NCBI GenBank assembly: GCA_051252375.1
Contig: JBPOFY010000012.1
Location: 10,675-74,674 of the forward strand
Length of the DNA stretch: 64,000 bases
Origin: Opitutaceae bacterium
GTDB taxonomy: Bacteria > Verrucomicrobiota > Verrucomicrobiia > Opitutales > Coraliomargaritaceae
Reading direction: 5' to 3'
Shown here: positions 63,841 to 64,000 of the stretch, one piece after another
How the letters are laid out: every line of letters starts with the position of its first letter
How positions within the stretch are numbered: position 1 is the stretch's first letter
Program-made: the position numbers and the translations under genes
The notes under the pieces: model-generated
What the model saw: only the letters and a program-made list of their open reading frames with translations
Told to the model about the DNA's origin: nothing
The model's database searches: none

Positions 63841-64000
63841 AAATTCCAAAATCGAATGGACTCACCACACGTTCAACCCTTGGTGGGGCTGTGCGAAAGT
63901 TTCCCCGGCATGCACCAACTGCTACGCCGAAACATGGGCGAAAAGAACAGGTAATCAGGTCTGGGGAGGCTCAGCACCTCGCCGGTTCTTCACAGACAGA
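63833..64000 (+). CDS. Gp37/Gp68 (DUF5131) family protein, N-terminal 56 codons (truncated by the window end)
   Basis: Manual translation: [38 protein letters not shown]... (IEWT..T.NPW.GC...S.GC.NCYA signature). It overlaps the tcmP stop by 8 nt. Confidence 0.7.
   Translation, partial: MAKNSKIEWTHHTFNPWWGCAKVSPACTNCYAETWAKRTGNQVWGGSAPRRFFTDR

Overview
This 64-kb chromosomal segment carries about 50 protein genes and two tRNAs. It most likely comes from a PVC-superphylum bacterium (Verrucomicrobiota-like). That assignment is an inference from the DUF1549 and PSD-family+DUF1501 gene pairs and the delta-60/Calx-beta exoprotein, not a database result. Most content is core or housekeeping: a ymdB-like phosphoesterase, rpsP-trmD-rplS, an rsmB-like methyltransferase, panB-gpsA, glutamate dehydrogenase, a PatB/MalY-like lyase, an RluA-family synthase and a desaturase. 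Other units are an IclR / solute symporter / DapA-like cluster and a five-gene polysaccharide export operon (beta-barrel, Wza-like, Wzc-like, O-antigen-ligase-like, response regulator). There is also a recD2-like helicase followed by a 1932-aa tandem UvrA-UvrA fusion, a 1368-aa metzincin/Calx-beta/delta-60 exoprotein, and a nine-heme cytochrome c. After tRNA-Cys and tRNA-CAU a probable island begins with a TcmP-like + Gp37/Gp68-like pair, cut by the window end. The most unusual signal is at DNA level. Several families of small palindromic repeat elements are present, and five copies lie in frame inside the UvrA-UvrA gene without breaking the ORF. One of them encodes the whole linker between the two UvrA modules. 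A sixth copy supplies the start codon and the first ~24 residues of an S4-domain gene. This resembles the in-ORF Rickettsia palindromic elements. Other sequence-level structures: (1) a 171-bp MITE with perfect 18-bp terminal inverted repeats and a 10-bp target duplication that contains a stop codon; (2) a GxxExxY gene bracketed by 29-bp inverted repeats; (3) 54-bp direct repeats flanking the cytochrome gene; (4) a 20-bp helix able to sequester an SD/AUG. No rRNA, CRISPR array, transposase or integrase gene was seen. All family names come from motif recognition by eye and need HMM/BLAST confirmation.
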